Below, one piece after another: positions 28,208 through 38,240 of a stretch of DNA of 54,782 nucleotides (position 1 is its first letter; each line of letters begins with the position of its first letter). The position numbers were made by a program, and so were the translations under genes. The DNA lies in the NCBI GenBank assembly GCA_016867315.1, contig VGJV01000005.1, forward strand, positions 1-54,782, in the 5' to 3' direction. The notes below the pieces were generated by a model. The model was not told the origin of the DNA, ran no database searches, and saw nothing but the letters and a program-made list of their open reading frames with translations. The DNA is from Candidatus Liptonbacteria bacterium (GTDB taxonomy: Bacteria > Patescibacteriota > Minisyncoccia > UBA6257 > 2-01-FULL-56-20).

Positions 28208-29029
28208 ATGCTTCAATACATGAACAAATTCCAGAAAGATGTTGTCCTGGGAGTAATAGGGGTGGCGGTTCTCCTAGTAGGAATTGTGTATTTCTTCCCA
28301 AAGCCCCAGCCCACCACCTCACCTTCGGCCGCTGATCTTCCGCTTCCCCCCGCACAAAGCGCCGTGAGCACTTCCAGCTCCCTCACCATTGAAGGCCTCT
28401 CTGCCAACATCACTCGGCAAATGTTTCCAAATGCCTCTGCCAAAGAACTCGCTGAACTCACCACGCTAGGAGTTAAAATGGAACTCAAGAAAACCTTTCA
28501 AGGAAATTTTTTAGATAATGAGGAAAAGGAAACGCTCTATGTAATAGAAGCCGAAGGAATTCCCCATGCAGGAGGTTTCTATCATGTATTTCTCAAAGTT
28601 TTCGACGCACAGGGAAATCTCCGCACGCCAAGTACTCCGGACATCCGAAATGCCATCAGTTTTCCCCGCCAACTAGCCGGAGAATTCGGAGAGGATGGAG
28701 GAGATATTGCCATATATTCCTGCAAAAGCACCGATTACGTCTTCTCTGGAATATATGGATTGATCAATGGTTTCGGACATGCAAACGGGAAAGCTCTACT
28801 TTTAAAGATAGAACAGGGCACTTTTAATACGGTCCAAACTTTCGAGAGTACGACTCCTAATCAAAATCTGATTTTCAAACCCCTGGAAAACAAAATCGCA
28901 ATATACGAAAAACAAACGATGGGGAAAAACTACGTTTGTCCAAACAGCTGTTTGGATGACATGCAGCCATATGTACTCGTAAAAATAGGGGAGAAAAAAT
29001 GGAATACGGCGTCCTGCAGGTTTGAATAA
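28208..29029 (+). CDS. Membrane-anchored exported hypothetical protein
   Basis: N-terminal TM helix, Pro/Ser-rich linker, soluble domain with paired Cys. Confidence 0.75.
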   Translation: MLQYMNKFQKDVVLGVIGVAVLLVGIVYFFPKPQPTTSPSAADLPLPPAQSAVSTSSSLTIEGLSANITRQMFPNASAKELAELTTLGVKMELKKTFQGNFLDNEEKETLYVIEAEGIPHAGGFYHVFLKVFDAQGNLRTPSTPDIRNAISFPRQLAGEFGEDGGDIAIYSCKSTDYVFSGIYGLINGFGHANGKALLLKIEQGTFNTVQTFESTTPNQNLIFKPLENKIAIYEKQTMGKNYVCPNSCLDDMQPYVLVKIGEKKWNTASCRFE

Positions 29030-29128
29030 TTCTTCTAATAGAAAAAAGTGGAACGGCTTATGAGACCGTTCCCCTCCTTATTTAGAAGAAAAATCCTCGC
29101 ACTTGGAACGTATGGATTCCCTTGTACC

Positions 29129-30067
29129 CTATCTCGCTTGGGAGCGAACAGTTCCTCGTGCCGGGAATATGAAGTTTTCCCCTTGTGCCCCTGCTATTTC
29201 CAATATAGCATCGTGCCGCGGAAAAGTAGAACAGTGATACAGATTCGCGAGCTCTTCAGAAGTAAACACCAACACATGCCGCGCCTTAAATTCTCGATTG
29301 AGATATTCCCCGAGAAGTCCCTTGGGATTCCGCAACGTCACCCGTTTTAACGCATTCCTTCCCTGCCCTTTAAATTTCTCGAAGCTCGAAAGAACTTCGT
29401 CCAAAATACCGCGAGCTCGAAATTCGGAACCCGCGGAGACCACGACGCGAGCATTCGCCTCAAGGAGCGGTTCTCCCAGTTTCACATGCGTGACGTTCGA
29501 ATTTTCCGAACTGCGTACGGAAACCCGAGATTCGCTCAATCGTTTAGGCTGGACTACAAACTGCACCGCTATTCCTTCCCCGATCGCCGCCACCTCTCGC
29601 AAAGCGAGAAGCACATCTTTAAACATATCCGCCCCCAGTTCTCCATACGTGGGAATCGGCAACGCCGGATGTTCTTTTTGAGTGAGATACGCTCCCATCG
29701 CCACTCCATGCGGATAAAATATGATGTGATTCTCGTGGATCTCCTCCACGCAAAACTTCCCAAAAAGCGCACGCAGTACTTTTAGGGCTTTCCCGCCTAC
29801 TTCGGTCCGTACCCCCACATAAAAATGAATCCGATCGCCCACATGCGGCACGGCGACTTCCAGCAGGAAAGGTTTTTGGAAACCCGCAAGCGTCCGAATG
29901 AGCTTCTCGGCTATAGCGATCTCCGCCGCGGCATCTTCTTCTTTAGTAGAAATTAAAAAGAGTTTCCAAGGACTCCGAAGTCTCCATGCTCGAAGGGCAT
30001 CGATGATGAGATAAAACCCTAACGCCGTCGCAATTACAGAAAAAGTTCCGAGGATAAGCGTTTCCAC
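29129..30067 (-). CDS. Membrane-anchored protein resembling the N-terminal region of CPR TraG/VirD4-like ATPases, with no ATPase domain
   Basis: TM helix, then FLLEVAVPHVGDRIHFY, ALPIPTY, EGIAVQFVVQP, EANARVVVSA, EELANLYH; no Walker A. Family resemblance is from memory, not from a search. Confidence 0.55.
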   Translation of the reverse strand: METLILGTFSVIATALGFYLIIDALRAWRLRSPWKLFLISTKEEDAAAEIAIAEKLIRTLAGFQKPFLLEVAVPHVGDRIHFYVGVRTEVGGKALKVLRALFGKFCVEEIHENHIIFYPHGVAMGAYLTQKEHPALPIPTYGELGADMFKDVLLALREVAAIGEGIAVQFVVQPKRLSESRVSVRSSENSNVTHVKLGEPLLEANARVVVSAGSEFRARGILDEVLSSFEKFKGQGRNALKRVTLRNPKGLLGEYLNREFKARHVLVFTSEELANLYHCSTFPRHDAILEIAGAQGENFIFPARGTVRSQAR

Positions 30068-30086
30068 TACTTCATTCTAACACTAT

Positions 30087-30155
30087 TGAATTTGGAATTG
30101 TGAATAGTGAATTGTGAATCACTCCTCAATTCTAAATTCTCAATTCTCAATTCAA
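30087..30155. repeat. Inverted pair of 7-bp tandem tracts (hairpin) after paralog 3
   Basis: GAATTTG GAATTGT GAATAGT GAATTGT GAATCAC ... AATTCTA AATTCTC AATTCTC AATTCAA. Confidence 0.85.
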
Positions 30156-30160
30156 GGATT

Positions 30161-31942
30161 TCATACCACTTCTGCTTGGTAACAAGCCTCGCAATAGACA
30201 ATTTCTGGGCGTTCCGGCGCGTAGGAGGTCTCAAATTGCACAGGACAATGACTATCACCATGACTATGACGAACGGAATTGGCATATACCTTCGTTTCCG
30301 ATTGCGCGCCCGCGCATTGGCATTGTCGCCTAAAGAATTGGGGCAAATTCCTTTTTTCCAAACGGCCATAATGGCGGCAATTGGGACACATACGGGGCAA
30401 AGGAAGATTAAATCGCTTCAAAAAAGCTAGTTCCTGGGGAACAATTCGAAACGCCAAAGTACATTCCTCCTCGCATTCCCCGCCATGCGCACACCCGATA
30501 ACTTCCTTAAGAATTTCTTCGCTCGCCTCCTCCACTCGGTCAGGTAACTGCTCCGCCTTAATAGTCGCGGTGTAATTTCTTTTTTCTTCTTCTCTCCACA
30601 TAAGCCCCTCGGCTTTGACCTGCTCGCGAGTTTTAGGAGATATTTCATGCGCCTCGGTAATGTTGTAGGAAAAAGGAGAAAGTTCCGAGGGGAAAAATTC
30701 GCCGTATTTATAAATTCTCCCCATACGGTCGCAATACGGAACATCGGTCATATGTTTCATAATCTTGGGAACCAGCGATTCGTACTCTTCCTTTGAATAT
30801 TGCTTGTTCAAAATACAGTACTGCTTCTTGCGAAGGCTCACACATCCGAAGACATCCATCGATGCGGGACAAAAAATCGAATATTGCACATTTTTACATC
30901 CGCCGAAACAATTCCACGAAAACCGGACATTATACGTTTGATCTCCGCACACCAACCCCTCGTAGATAAGCTCCGAGCCGGCTCCCCAGTTGGAATAATC
31001 GTAACAGTCCTTCACGGGCCCCGAAAGCAGATTGAGGCAAAATTTAGAATCCTCAATACCCTTCACGCGCCAGCAGTGCTTCGCATTTTTGGAATTATAA
31101 ATATAGTCTCCGCTCACATTTACATTCTGAAGGCCATGCATGAATTTCACCGGGAATGTGAGCCACTGCTCTTCCGCCTGTTCGCGTAAATTTTGAAAAG
31201 CTTTCCACGATCCCAAATTCAGCTCTTTTACCTTTACGGCATATTCCTCTTTCGTATAAGGCACATTGAAAATGCAATATGACTTGCTCCGCAACCCCAC
31301 GCATCCCACGCAATTTGAGCAACCCACGCAATCTTTCGAAAAAAGAACGTCCTGACAGTCCTCGCAATTTACCGAAAAGAAAGTTTTGTAACAACGCGAA
31401 GCATTCACATTTCCATACCCGAATTCACAGGCATCGGTCATATGACTGTCCATACAATTCTTTGAGCCTCCATCCCAAATCAAATATGCCGAATCTTCGG
31501 TTTTTGCGACTGCCCGCGCGAAATAGCAATTCTTGATATATGAAGCGTTGGTGCAGTATTCCGAGTTCACTACGCTTTGAACAGAATGTGCGGGAAAAGG
31601 AATAGCCTGCATAAGTTCATAAATTTGCTCCATAAACGGCCGCTTCCAATCAATATCTCTCCCGTATTCCAAAGGGTCCCACCCGTCTGAATACCAAAAG
31701 TCTTTTTCATAAACAGAAACGGGGGATTCCGGCGGGAAAGCGGAAAAAATCTGCTCTCCGGTTTTCAAATCCTGTTTCTTAAAAAGATGCCAGGTATTTC
31801 TCCAAGACATTCGACGAATCATCCGGCATTGCGGACACCACGTCGGCGGCGGCACTTTTATCTTTTCGTAAAAATCAAAATCCTCCGATTCAATCGTGAA
31901 CTGTTTTTTACATGACTGACAATTCCTGCTTTCTGAATTCAT
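30161..31942 (-). CDS. Cys-rich multi-zinc-ribbon protein, paralog 3
   Basis: MNSESRNCQSC...IVYCEACYQAEVV. Confidence 0.92.
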   Translation of the reverse strand: MNSESRNCQSCKKQFTIESEDFDFYEKIKVPPPTWCPQCRMIRRMSWRNTWHLFKKQDLKTGEQIFSAFPPESPVSVYEKDFWYSDGWDPLEYGRDIDWKRPFMEQIYELMQAIPFPAHSVQSVVNSEYCTNASYIKNCYFARAVAKTEDSAYLIWDGGSKNCMDSHMTDACEFGYGNVNASRCYKTFFSVNCEDCQDVLFSKDCVGCSNCVGCVGLRSKSYCIFNVPYTKEEYAVKVKELNLGSWKAFQNLREQAEEQWLTFPVKFMHGLQNVNVSGDYIYNSKNAKHCWRVKGIEDSKFCLNLLSGPVKDCYDYSNWGAGSELIYEGLVCGDQTYNVRFSWNCFGGCKNVQYSIFCPASMDVFGCVSLRKKQYCILNKQYSKEEYESLVPKIMKHMTDVPYCDRMGRIYKYGEFFPSELSPFSYNITEAHEISPKTREQVKAEGLMWREEEKRNYTATIKAEQLPDRVEEASEEILKEVIGCAHGGECEEECTLAFRIVPQELAFLKRFNLPLPRMCPNCRHYGRLEKRNLPQFFRRQCQCAGAQSETKVYANSVRHSHGDSHCPVQFETSYAPERPEIVYCEACYQAEVV

Positions 31943-31974
31943 TCTATTTTCTACTTTCTATTTTCTAATTTCTA
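31943..31974. repeat. 7-bp tandem tract forming the whole paralog 4-3 spacer
   Basis: mRNA sense: TAG AAATTAG AAAATAG AAAGTAG AAAATAG A ATG. Confidence 0.88.
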
Positions 31975-33702
31975 GGCCACTTCTCGTTGATAACACTCTT
32001 CGCAAAACACCGTTTCTTTCCGATCGGGCGCATACGACGTATCGAATTCATTCGGACAATGTTCCGTTCCGTGGAAATGCTTTCCGGTGTTTTTCCAATT
32101 ATTATTTTCCGAAACAGCTCCACTACACATACATTTCCGGCGCCAAAGCTTCCTCGGCAACCGCAACGCCAACCGACGTCGGTAACGGCATTCGGGACAT
32201 AGTCGAGGAATCGGGACCTTGAACCGACGGTACAATTCCAACTCTGGCTGAATAATGTTGTAATTTCTTTTGCATTGCACGCACGCGAGCGCTTCTTTTA
32301 CTATTGAATCGCCTACATCCTCAATACGATCGGGAATTTTTTCCGAAGAAAGAGTTTCTTTTCCGAATGTACCTGAAACTACTTCTTCCCACTTATACCC
32401 GCGCCCTTGAGCCTCCTTCCGAGAAATCGGCATATAGATATGCCCCTGGGTTTCGTTATATCCGAAAGGACTAAGCCCGGGAGGGAAAAATTCTCCATAT
32501 TCCCCCGTCTTTTTCATATGGTCGATGATCTTCTCTTTGAGCGTGGCGAATTCCTTCTCGTCATACCGCTTATTCAAAATGCTGTATTTCCCCGATTTGA
32601 GTCCCACACACCCAAAAAGATTTTCGGAATTGTGGCATGAATCGCAGTATTGGAGATGAGAATTGTCATAGCTTAAATGAGTAAACATCACGTCATAACA
32701 GCGAACCAATGCATGACACTCATAAAGCAACTCACACGAAAATCCGAAGTGATAACAGTCCATGGTATCTTTCGCATCCACTGCCACAATGATGTTCTTT
32801 GAATCCTGCATCCGCTCAGCATCGAACATAGTATGCCCGTTCTTGGAATTGAAAATGACGTTTCCCGAAACATCGTTTGATTTCTCGATAACGCCAAATC
32901 GGTGCAAAGCCTTCGACGAAATCATTTCAAGAAACGCATCATAAAGTTTCTCCCTCTCTTTATAGGAACTCAGCTGAAACTCTTTCATTTTCTCCATATA
33001 CTCTTCCTTCGTATATGGCTGATTCAAAATATGATACTGCTTATTTCTCAAGTTCGAAGAAAGGAAACAATTTGAACACCCCTTACAGTCATAGCAATAC
33101 AAACAATTCGCACAATCCCAGATGAATATCGAGTACTGACATTCGTATGAGCGATATGCATTGATACACTCATACATAAGCTCATTGCCATACTCGATGC
33201 GGTAGCAATCCATAGAATCGCGCCCCGGGAAAGTGTTCGTGGAATACAAAACATTCTCCGAATCAAAAACTCCAAAGCTTAAATAACAATTCTTGTTATC
33301 CGCCGCATGGTTGGTGTAATCGGAATTCACGCTGTTCTTCGTGAGAAGCGCAATGCGGGGCACCTTGAGTTGCAGCTCTTTAAATTGTTCAAAGAAAGAC
33401 CTCGAAAAATCAAAGTCCTGCCCATGATCTAACGCGCTCCACTTATCCGACCACCAGCACGGCGGACAATAAACTTTATAAGGCTTGTTGGGCGAATAGA
33501 TTGTCACCGTGCTCTTCCCGCAAAGGTCGCAGTTCCGGCGATAAAGCACCCGCTCATTCCGCCACGCTGCCCGCCGCCGTAAGCGGCACTCCGGACAACG
33601 CACGGGCGCAGGAACGTTGAACTTTTCGTAAAATCCGATATCGTCCGCCTCAATCGGGAATTCCACGCTGCATTCTTTGCAAATTCTTTTTTCCGGTTTC
33701 AT
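31972..33702 (-). CDS. Cys-rich multi-zinc-ribbon protein, paralog 4
   Basis: MKPEKRICKEC...TVFCEECYQREVA. Confidence 0.92.
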   Translation of the reverse strand: MKPEKRICKECSVEFPIEADDIGFYEKFNVPAPVRCPECRLRRRAAWRNERVLYRRNCDLCGKSTVTIYSPNKPYKVYCPPCWWSDKWSALDHGQDFDFSRSFFEQFKELQLKVPRIALLTKNSVNSDYTNHAADNKNCYLSFGVFDSENVLYSTNTFPGRDSMDCYRIEYGNELMYECINAYRSYECQYSIFIWDCANCLYCYDCKGCSNCFLSSNLRNKQYHILNQPYTKEEYMEKMKEFQLSSYKEREKLYDAFLEMISSKALHRFGVIEKSNDVSGNVIFNSKNGHTMFDAERMQDSKNIIVAVDAKDTMDCYHFGFSCELLYECHALVRCYDVMFTHLSYDNSHLQYCDSCHNSENLFGCVGLKSGKYSILNKRYDEKEFATLKEKIIDHMKKTGEYGEFFPPGLSPFGYNETQGHIYMPISRKEAQGRGYKWEEVVSGTFGKETLSSEKIPDRIEDVGDSIVKEALACVQCKRNYNIIQPELELYRRFKVPIPRLCPECRYRRRLALRLPRKLWRRKCMCSGAVSENNNWKNTGKHFHGTEHCPNEFDTSYAPDRKETVFCEECYQREVA

Positions 33703-33738
33703 ATTCTAGATTCTAAATTCTAGCTTCTAGATTCTGCC
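33703..33738. repeat. 7-bp tandem tract forming the paralog 5-4 spacer
   Basis: TTCTAGA TTCTAAA TTCTAGC TTCTAGA TTCTGCC on the plus strand. Confidence 0.88.
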
Positions 33739-35514
33739 CTAAACTATTTCCGCGTTATAACACTGCTCGCAATATACGATTTCTTTTCGTTCAGATGCAT
33801 AAGACGTTTCGAACTCGTTAACGCATGGAGCATCCCCGTGCGAGTGTACGGCAGTATTTTTATAAACCCCATTTGCAGACTGGCCTCCTGCGCACGAACA
33901 CTTTCGCCTCCAAAGTCGCAGAGGGTTTCTTGAACGAATTCGCTCTCCCCGACGGCATATCGGACACAAACGCGGCAATGGCAAATTGAATTTCTTTAAG
34001 AATTGAAGCTCCTGCGGAATAATCCGAAATGCAGTCGAACAATAATCACTGCATTTGCCCTGATGAGCACATTCGATTACCTCCTGGAGAATCGAATCGG
34101 AAACGTCAGAAATATCATCGGGAACTTCCCCAATTTTCTTTGTAATCTGATAAACTTTCCGCCCGCTCTCGTACCACGTGAATCCTTCCGCTAACGCCTC
34201 CTCCTTAGTCTTTGGGAAAAAGTCTTGCGCAGCCGATTCGTTGTATGCAAAAGGAGAAAATTCTGCGGGAAAGAACTCCCCGTATCCATATTTTAATCCT
34301 CGAGCATCAACGTAGGGCATTGTTTTCATATGCTCAATTATTTTCGGCACAAGCGCTTTATAATCCACCTCTGAATATTGTTTATTCAATATGCAATACG
34401 ATTTGTTACGAAGTCCCACACATCCAAAGATATTATTACAGTCGAAACAATTGTAGGAATATTGAATATCAAATCCTCCCCAAATAAGCGCGGAATAAAA
34501 TACCCTCTGCCCAGAAACGCTAAATACGTCGAGAAAAAGCTCTGAATTGTTCCAAACCACGAAGCCATCAGAACCATCTTTGACCCTATCAAACGAACGG
34601 TAGGTATGACGCACATTTTCAATATCGTTCCAAATACTAAAGCAATCGGAACAATTGCGAGCATTCAATATGTCATCACCCTTCACATTTTCTGACTTGA
34701 GAATTGTTGCAAATTTCCGAGGAGTGGAAAGTTTCAATGCTTCAAATTTCTCCCGTACCGCGCGAAGTCCATTTGCGCTTCCTAATTTCAAACGTTCCAG
34801 CTCTTTTAAATATTCTTCTTTGGAATATTGCTTATTGAAAATACAAAAGGACTTATTCCGCAATCCTACGCACCCGACACAAGAGCTGCAATTCCGACAG
34901 TCATATAAAAAAGTCGAATCGCTGCACGCTACACAATTCTGCACAAACCGGACTCCATTGCATTTTTCCGCATCAACGACTTCGTACGAATATTCCATGT
35001 CGCGTGACTGGAATGTATCGAAACACTGACGGCTACGGGGAGCTCCTCCAAACATATATGCGCAATCTTCAGACTGCGTAGCGCCGCCTATGAAATAGCA
35101 GTTTTTTAAATCCACTGCGTAATTCGCGTAATCGCTATTTACTAAATTCTTTTGTATGAGATTAGGATGCGGAACAGCCGATAATAATTCCTTGATCTGC
35201 GAAAAAAAGGGCTTAGAAAAATCCGGATCCACTCCATATTGCATAGGATCCCACGCATCACTTTTCCAATATTCATTTACATAAACTTTATAGGGCCGCT
35301 CCGGCGCATACATAGAAAGAACCTCTTTTCCAGTCGCATCGCACTTTCGGCGATACCAAATACACTCGTTCCTGAAAAGCATTCGCCGAATAGTGCGGCA
35401 TTTCGAACAAAATGTCGGCAAGGGCACCTTAACTTTTTCATAAAAATTCAAATCCTCGGCCTCAATGGTAAATTGAGCCTTACAGTTTTGGCACGATCGC
35501 GTTTCCGCGTTCAT
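33739..35514 (-). CDS. Cys-rich multi-zinc-ribbon protein, paralog 5
   Basis: MNAETRSCQNC...IVYCEQCYNAEIV. Confidence 0.92.
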   Translation of the reverse strand: MNAETRSCQNCKAQFTIEAEDLNFYEKVKVPLPTFCSKCRTIRRMLFRNECIWYRRKCDATGKEVLSMYAPERPYKVYVNEYWKSDAWDPMQYGVDPDFSKPFFSQIKELLSAVPHPNLIQKNLVNSDYANYAVDLKNCYFIGGATQSEDCAYMFGGAPRSRQCFDTFQSRDMEYSYEVVDAEKCNGVRFVQNCVACSDSTFLYDCRNCSSCVGCVGLRNKSFCIFNKQYSKEEYLKELERLKLGSANGLRAVREKFEALKLSTPRKFATILKSENVKGDDILNARNCSDCFSIWNDIENVRHTYRSFDRVKDGSDGFVVWNNSELFLDVFSVSGQRVFYSALIWGGFDIQYSYNCFDCNNIFGCVGLRNKSYCILNKQYSEVDYKALVPKIIEHMKTMPYVDARGLKYGYGEFFPAEFSPFAYNESAAQDFFPKTKEEALAEGFTWYESGRKVYQITKKIGEVPDDISDVSDSILQEVIECAHQGKCSDYCSTAFRIIPQELQFLKKFNLPLPRLCPICRRGERIRSRNPLRLWRRKCSCAGGQSANGVYKNTAVHSHGDAPCVNEFETSYASERKEIVYCEQCYNAEIV

Positions 35515-35569
35515 TGAAACTTATTATTTTCTATTCCGGATCTTTCAGCAACCAGAGTACAATAAATTC

Positions 35570-37021
35570 ATGTCCCGCCGAACCCTTCTCATTCTTCTCC
35601 TTATTTTAGGACTCGCCGCTTTTTTTAGGGCTTACGACCTCCCTAACACGCCCCCAGGCTTGTATCCCGACGAGGCGATGAACGGCAACAACGCGCTTGA
35701 AGCGCTCCAAACCGGCCAGCTCAAAGTCTATTACCCAGAAAACAACGGCCGCGAAGGCCTTTTCATAAATATACAAGCCGCCTTCCTAGACTTCTTTAAT
35801 ACGAATGAACCCTGGGTGCTGCGCCTACCCAGTGCTATTTTCGGGACACTCACCGTATTAGGTATTTTCTTTCTCGCCAAAGAACTCTTCTTTATCCACA
35901 TCGGCTTATTTTCTTCCTTCCTGCTCGCCACCAGCGTTTGGCACATCATCTTTTCCCGCATCGGCTTCCGCGCGATCCTCGCTCCCTTCTTCCTAGTTTG
36001 GGCGGTGTTTTTCCTTCTCCGCGCATTTCATGGAAATAAGGCTACTCGCTACTCGCTACTCGCCATATGCTCCGGCGCGCTCTTTGGCGCCGGTATGTAC
36101 ACCTACATCGCGTATCGTATTACCCCCATCCTTATACTCGCACTCATCCTCTGGTTCTGGTGGCTCGACAAAGAAAACCGAAAGCAAGTGCTACTCGCTA
36201 CATACTACATGCTACTCACTACCCTCCTCGTCGCCCTACCCCTAGGCCTCCATTACCTTCAAAACCCCGCCGATTTCCTTGGCCGCACCACCCAAGTCTC
36301 AATTTTTTCTTCCGCAACTCCTCTTCAGGATTTCGGAGTAAATATCCTGAAGACCGCAGGTATGTTCAACTTCAAGGGCGATGGAAACTCACGGCATAAT
36401 TACGCGGGCGAACCACAACTTTTCTGGCCGGTAGGAATTTTCTTTATGGTGGGCATCATCACAGGACTCATACATCTCCTCAAAAACCCGCGAGAGAACT
36501 TTTCATTTGCATTCTTATTCTTCTGGCTAATTCTCACGGCACTGCCAGTAGTGATCTCCAACGAAGGAATTCCGCATGCGCTTCGTGCGATCCTCATGAT
36601 CCCGCCCGTCATCATACTTGCCGCAGTAGGAGGCATTGCAGCATACAACGCGGTTGCACGCTATGCCCCGCGACTGTTTCTTCAAAGCCTCGCTACCATG
36701 GTTTTGATTGTCCTCATCGCTCAATCATATTTTGTATATTTCGAGCTCTGGGGAAAAAGCTCTGATGTATTAGGAGCATTCATGGCAGATTACGTCTCAA
36801 TCGGACGCGCAATCAATAAACTTCCCCAGGAAACTCCGAAATATGTGGTCGTCGAAGCGGGAGGCGTGGACGTGCGCGGAATCCCTATGCCCGCCCAAAC
36901 CGTCATGTTTATTACCGATTCTTTCACCCCAGAAAAACAGAAAGAGAAAAATATCCATTATCTCCTTCCTGCTGATCGTGCTACAATCCCCGCAAACGCC
37001 AAGACTTTTACCATCCAATGA
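35570..37021 (+). CDS. ArnT/PMT-like GT-C glycosyltransferase (family 39-like)
   Basis: PPGLYPDEA, LRLPSAIFG, WHIIFSRIGFRA, multiple TM helices; TACAAT 6 nt before ATG. Confidence 0.88.
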   Translation: MSRRTLLILLLILGLAAFFRAYDLPNTPPGLYPDEAMNGNNALEALQTGQLKVYYPENNGREGLFINIQAAFLDFFNTNEPWVLRLPSAIFGTLTVLGIFFLAKELFFIHIGLFSSFLLATSVWHIIFSRIGFRAILAPFFLVWAVFFLLRAFHGNKATRYSLLAICSGALFGAGMYTYIAYRITPILILALILWFWWLDKENRKQVLLATYYMLLTTLLVALPLGLHYLQNPADFLGRTTQVSIFSSATPLQDFGVNILKTAGMFNFKGDGNSRHNYAGEPQLFWPVGIFFMVGIITGLIHLLKNPRENFSFAFLFFWLILTALPVVISNEGIPHALRAILMIPPVIILAAVGGIAAYNAVARYAPRLFLQSLATMVLIVLIAQSYFVYFELWGKSSDVLGAFMADYVSIGRAINKLPQETPKYVVVEAGGVDVRGIPMPAQTVMFITDSFTPEKQKEKNIHYLLPADRATIPANAKTFTIQ

Positions 37022-38019
37022 AAAAAATAAAAGTAGCGCTTATCTGCGGAGGTTTTTCGAGCGAAAGAGAAGTCTCTTTAAAATCCGGCGCCCAAATCGC
37101 CCGATCGCTCACCTCCGAAAAATACGAAGTCTCTTTGATTGAGATCGCGAAAGACGGGCGCTGGCTGCTTTCCTCCGACTCGAAAGAAATAAACAGCGGA
37201 GAAAAGACCCTATCGATTCTTCCAGGAAACACGGCGATTGCTCAAAGCGACTTGCGCGGGGTAGATGTAGCGTTTTTGGCCTTACATGGTTATTTCGGGG
37301 AGGATGGAAAAATCCAATCAATTCTTGAACTTCTCGGGATCCCCTACACCGGCTCGGGAGTTATGGCGAGCGCCACCGCCATGAACAAAGCGAAAACAAA
37401 TGAACTGGCTGCACTTGCAGATCTAAAAGTCCCCCCATTCATCGTGGCACACAACTCAAAAATAAAACCGGATTTTGGTTATCCTGTCGTGGTAAAACCA
37501 AACGAATCCGGGTCTTCTGTAGGAGTGACTATAGTCGAGAAAGAGTCCGATTTGGAGAAAGCTCTCGAAAAGGCCTTAAGCGAAGGCGGCGAAGCAATCG
37601 TTCAAAAATACATAGCTGGCCGAGAACTTACTTGCGGAGTGATGGGCAATAGCGGCCGCACGGAAATCCTTGCCCTTCCTCCAATTGAAATTGTCTCTCC
37701 CAATAAGTTTTTTGATTACGAAGCAAAATACACCTCCCAGGAAACACAAGAAATCTGTCCCGCTCCCGTGGATGAATCAATCACGCGCGCCGTCCAAGAA
37801 GTTGCAAAAAAAGTGCATGTACTTTTAGGTTGCGATGGCTTGACTCGGTCGGACTTTATTCTCGACAAAGAAAGCAACTTACACTTTCTCGAAATCAACA
37901 CGATTCCCGGCATGACCGAAGCAAGCCTCGCCCCCAAAGAAGCCAAAGCTCTCGGGTGGAGCTTCCCTGACTTTCTCGACAAAATCATTACTCTCGCCCT
38001 TGAACGACATAAAAAGTAG
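37018..38019 (+). CDS. ddl: D-alanine--D-alanine ligase
   Basis: GGFSSEREVSLKSG, ALHGYFGEDG, PYTGSG, VVKPNESGSSVG, FFDYEAKY, RSDF, LEINTIPGMT. Confidence 0.96.
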   Translation: MKKIKVALICGGFSSEREVSLKSGAQIARSLTSEKYEVSLIEIAKDGRWLLSSDSKEINSGEKTLSILPGNTAIAQSDLRGVDVAFLALHGYFGEDGKIQSILELLGIPYTGSGVMASATAMNKAKTNELAALADLKVPPFIVAHNSKIKPDFGYPVVVKPNESGSSVGVTIVEKESDLEKALEKALSEGGEAIVQKYIAGRELTCGVMGNSGRTEILALPPIEIVSPNKFFDYEAKYTSQETQEICPAPVDESITRAVQEVAKKVHVLLGCDGLTRSDFILDKESNLHFLEINTIPGMTEASLAPKEAKALGWSFPDFLDKIITLALERHKK

Positions 38020-38205
38020 TCAATTCACCCGGAGTTCATTCGGCAACGAGGATACTGTAAAAGCTTTTTGATAAGTACCTCGCTCATTTTTCGCAGGGAG
38101 GAGGGGTCTTCCTTCTACAGTATTGTGGAGTACCCTGGTCATGCACGGTTCTCACAAAAGGTGCAGCAAGGAATTGCCTCCCCCTGCGATAGGTTGTTTT
38201 CAACG

Positions 38206-38230
38206 AAAAAGCCCATGCTTACACATGGGC
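38206..38230 (-). terminator. Terminator after rplU
   Basis: GCCCATG/CATGGGC stem followed by TTTTT on the minus strand. Confidence 0.7.
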
Positions 38231-38240
38231 AAATTCTTTT

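Noticed and set aside
38020-38240. About 70 open codons in frame after the ddl TAG (possible readthrough)
   Set aside because: Ddl is already complete, the extension is not protein-like, and it overlaps terminator structures.
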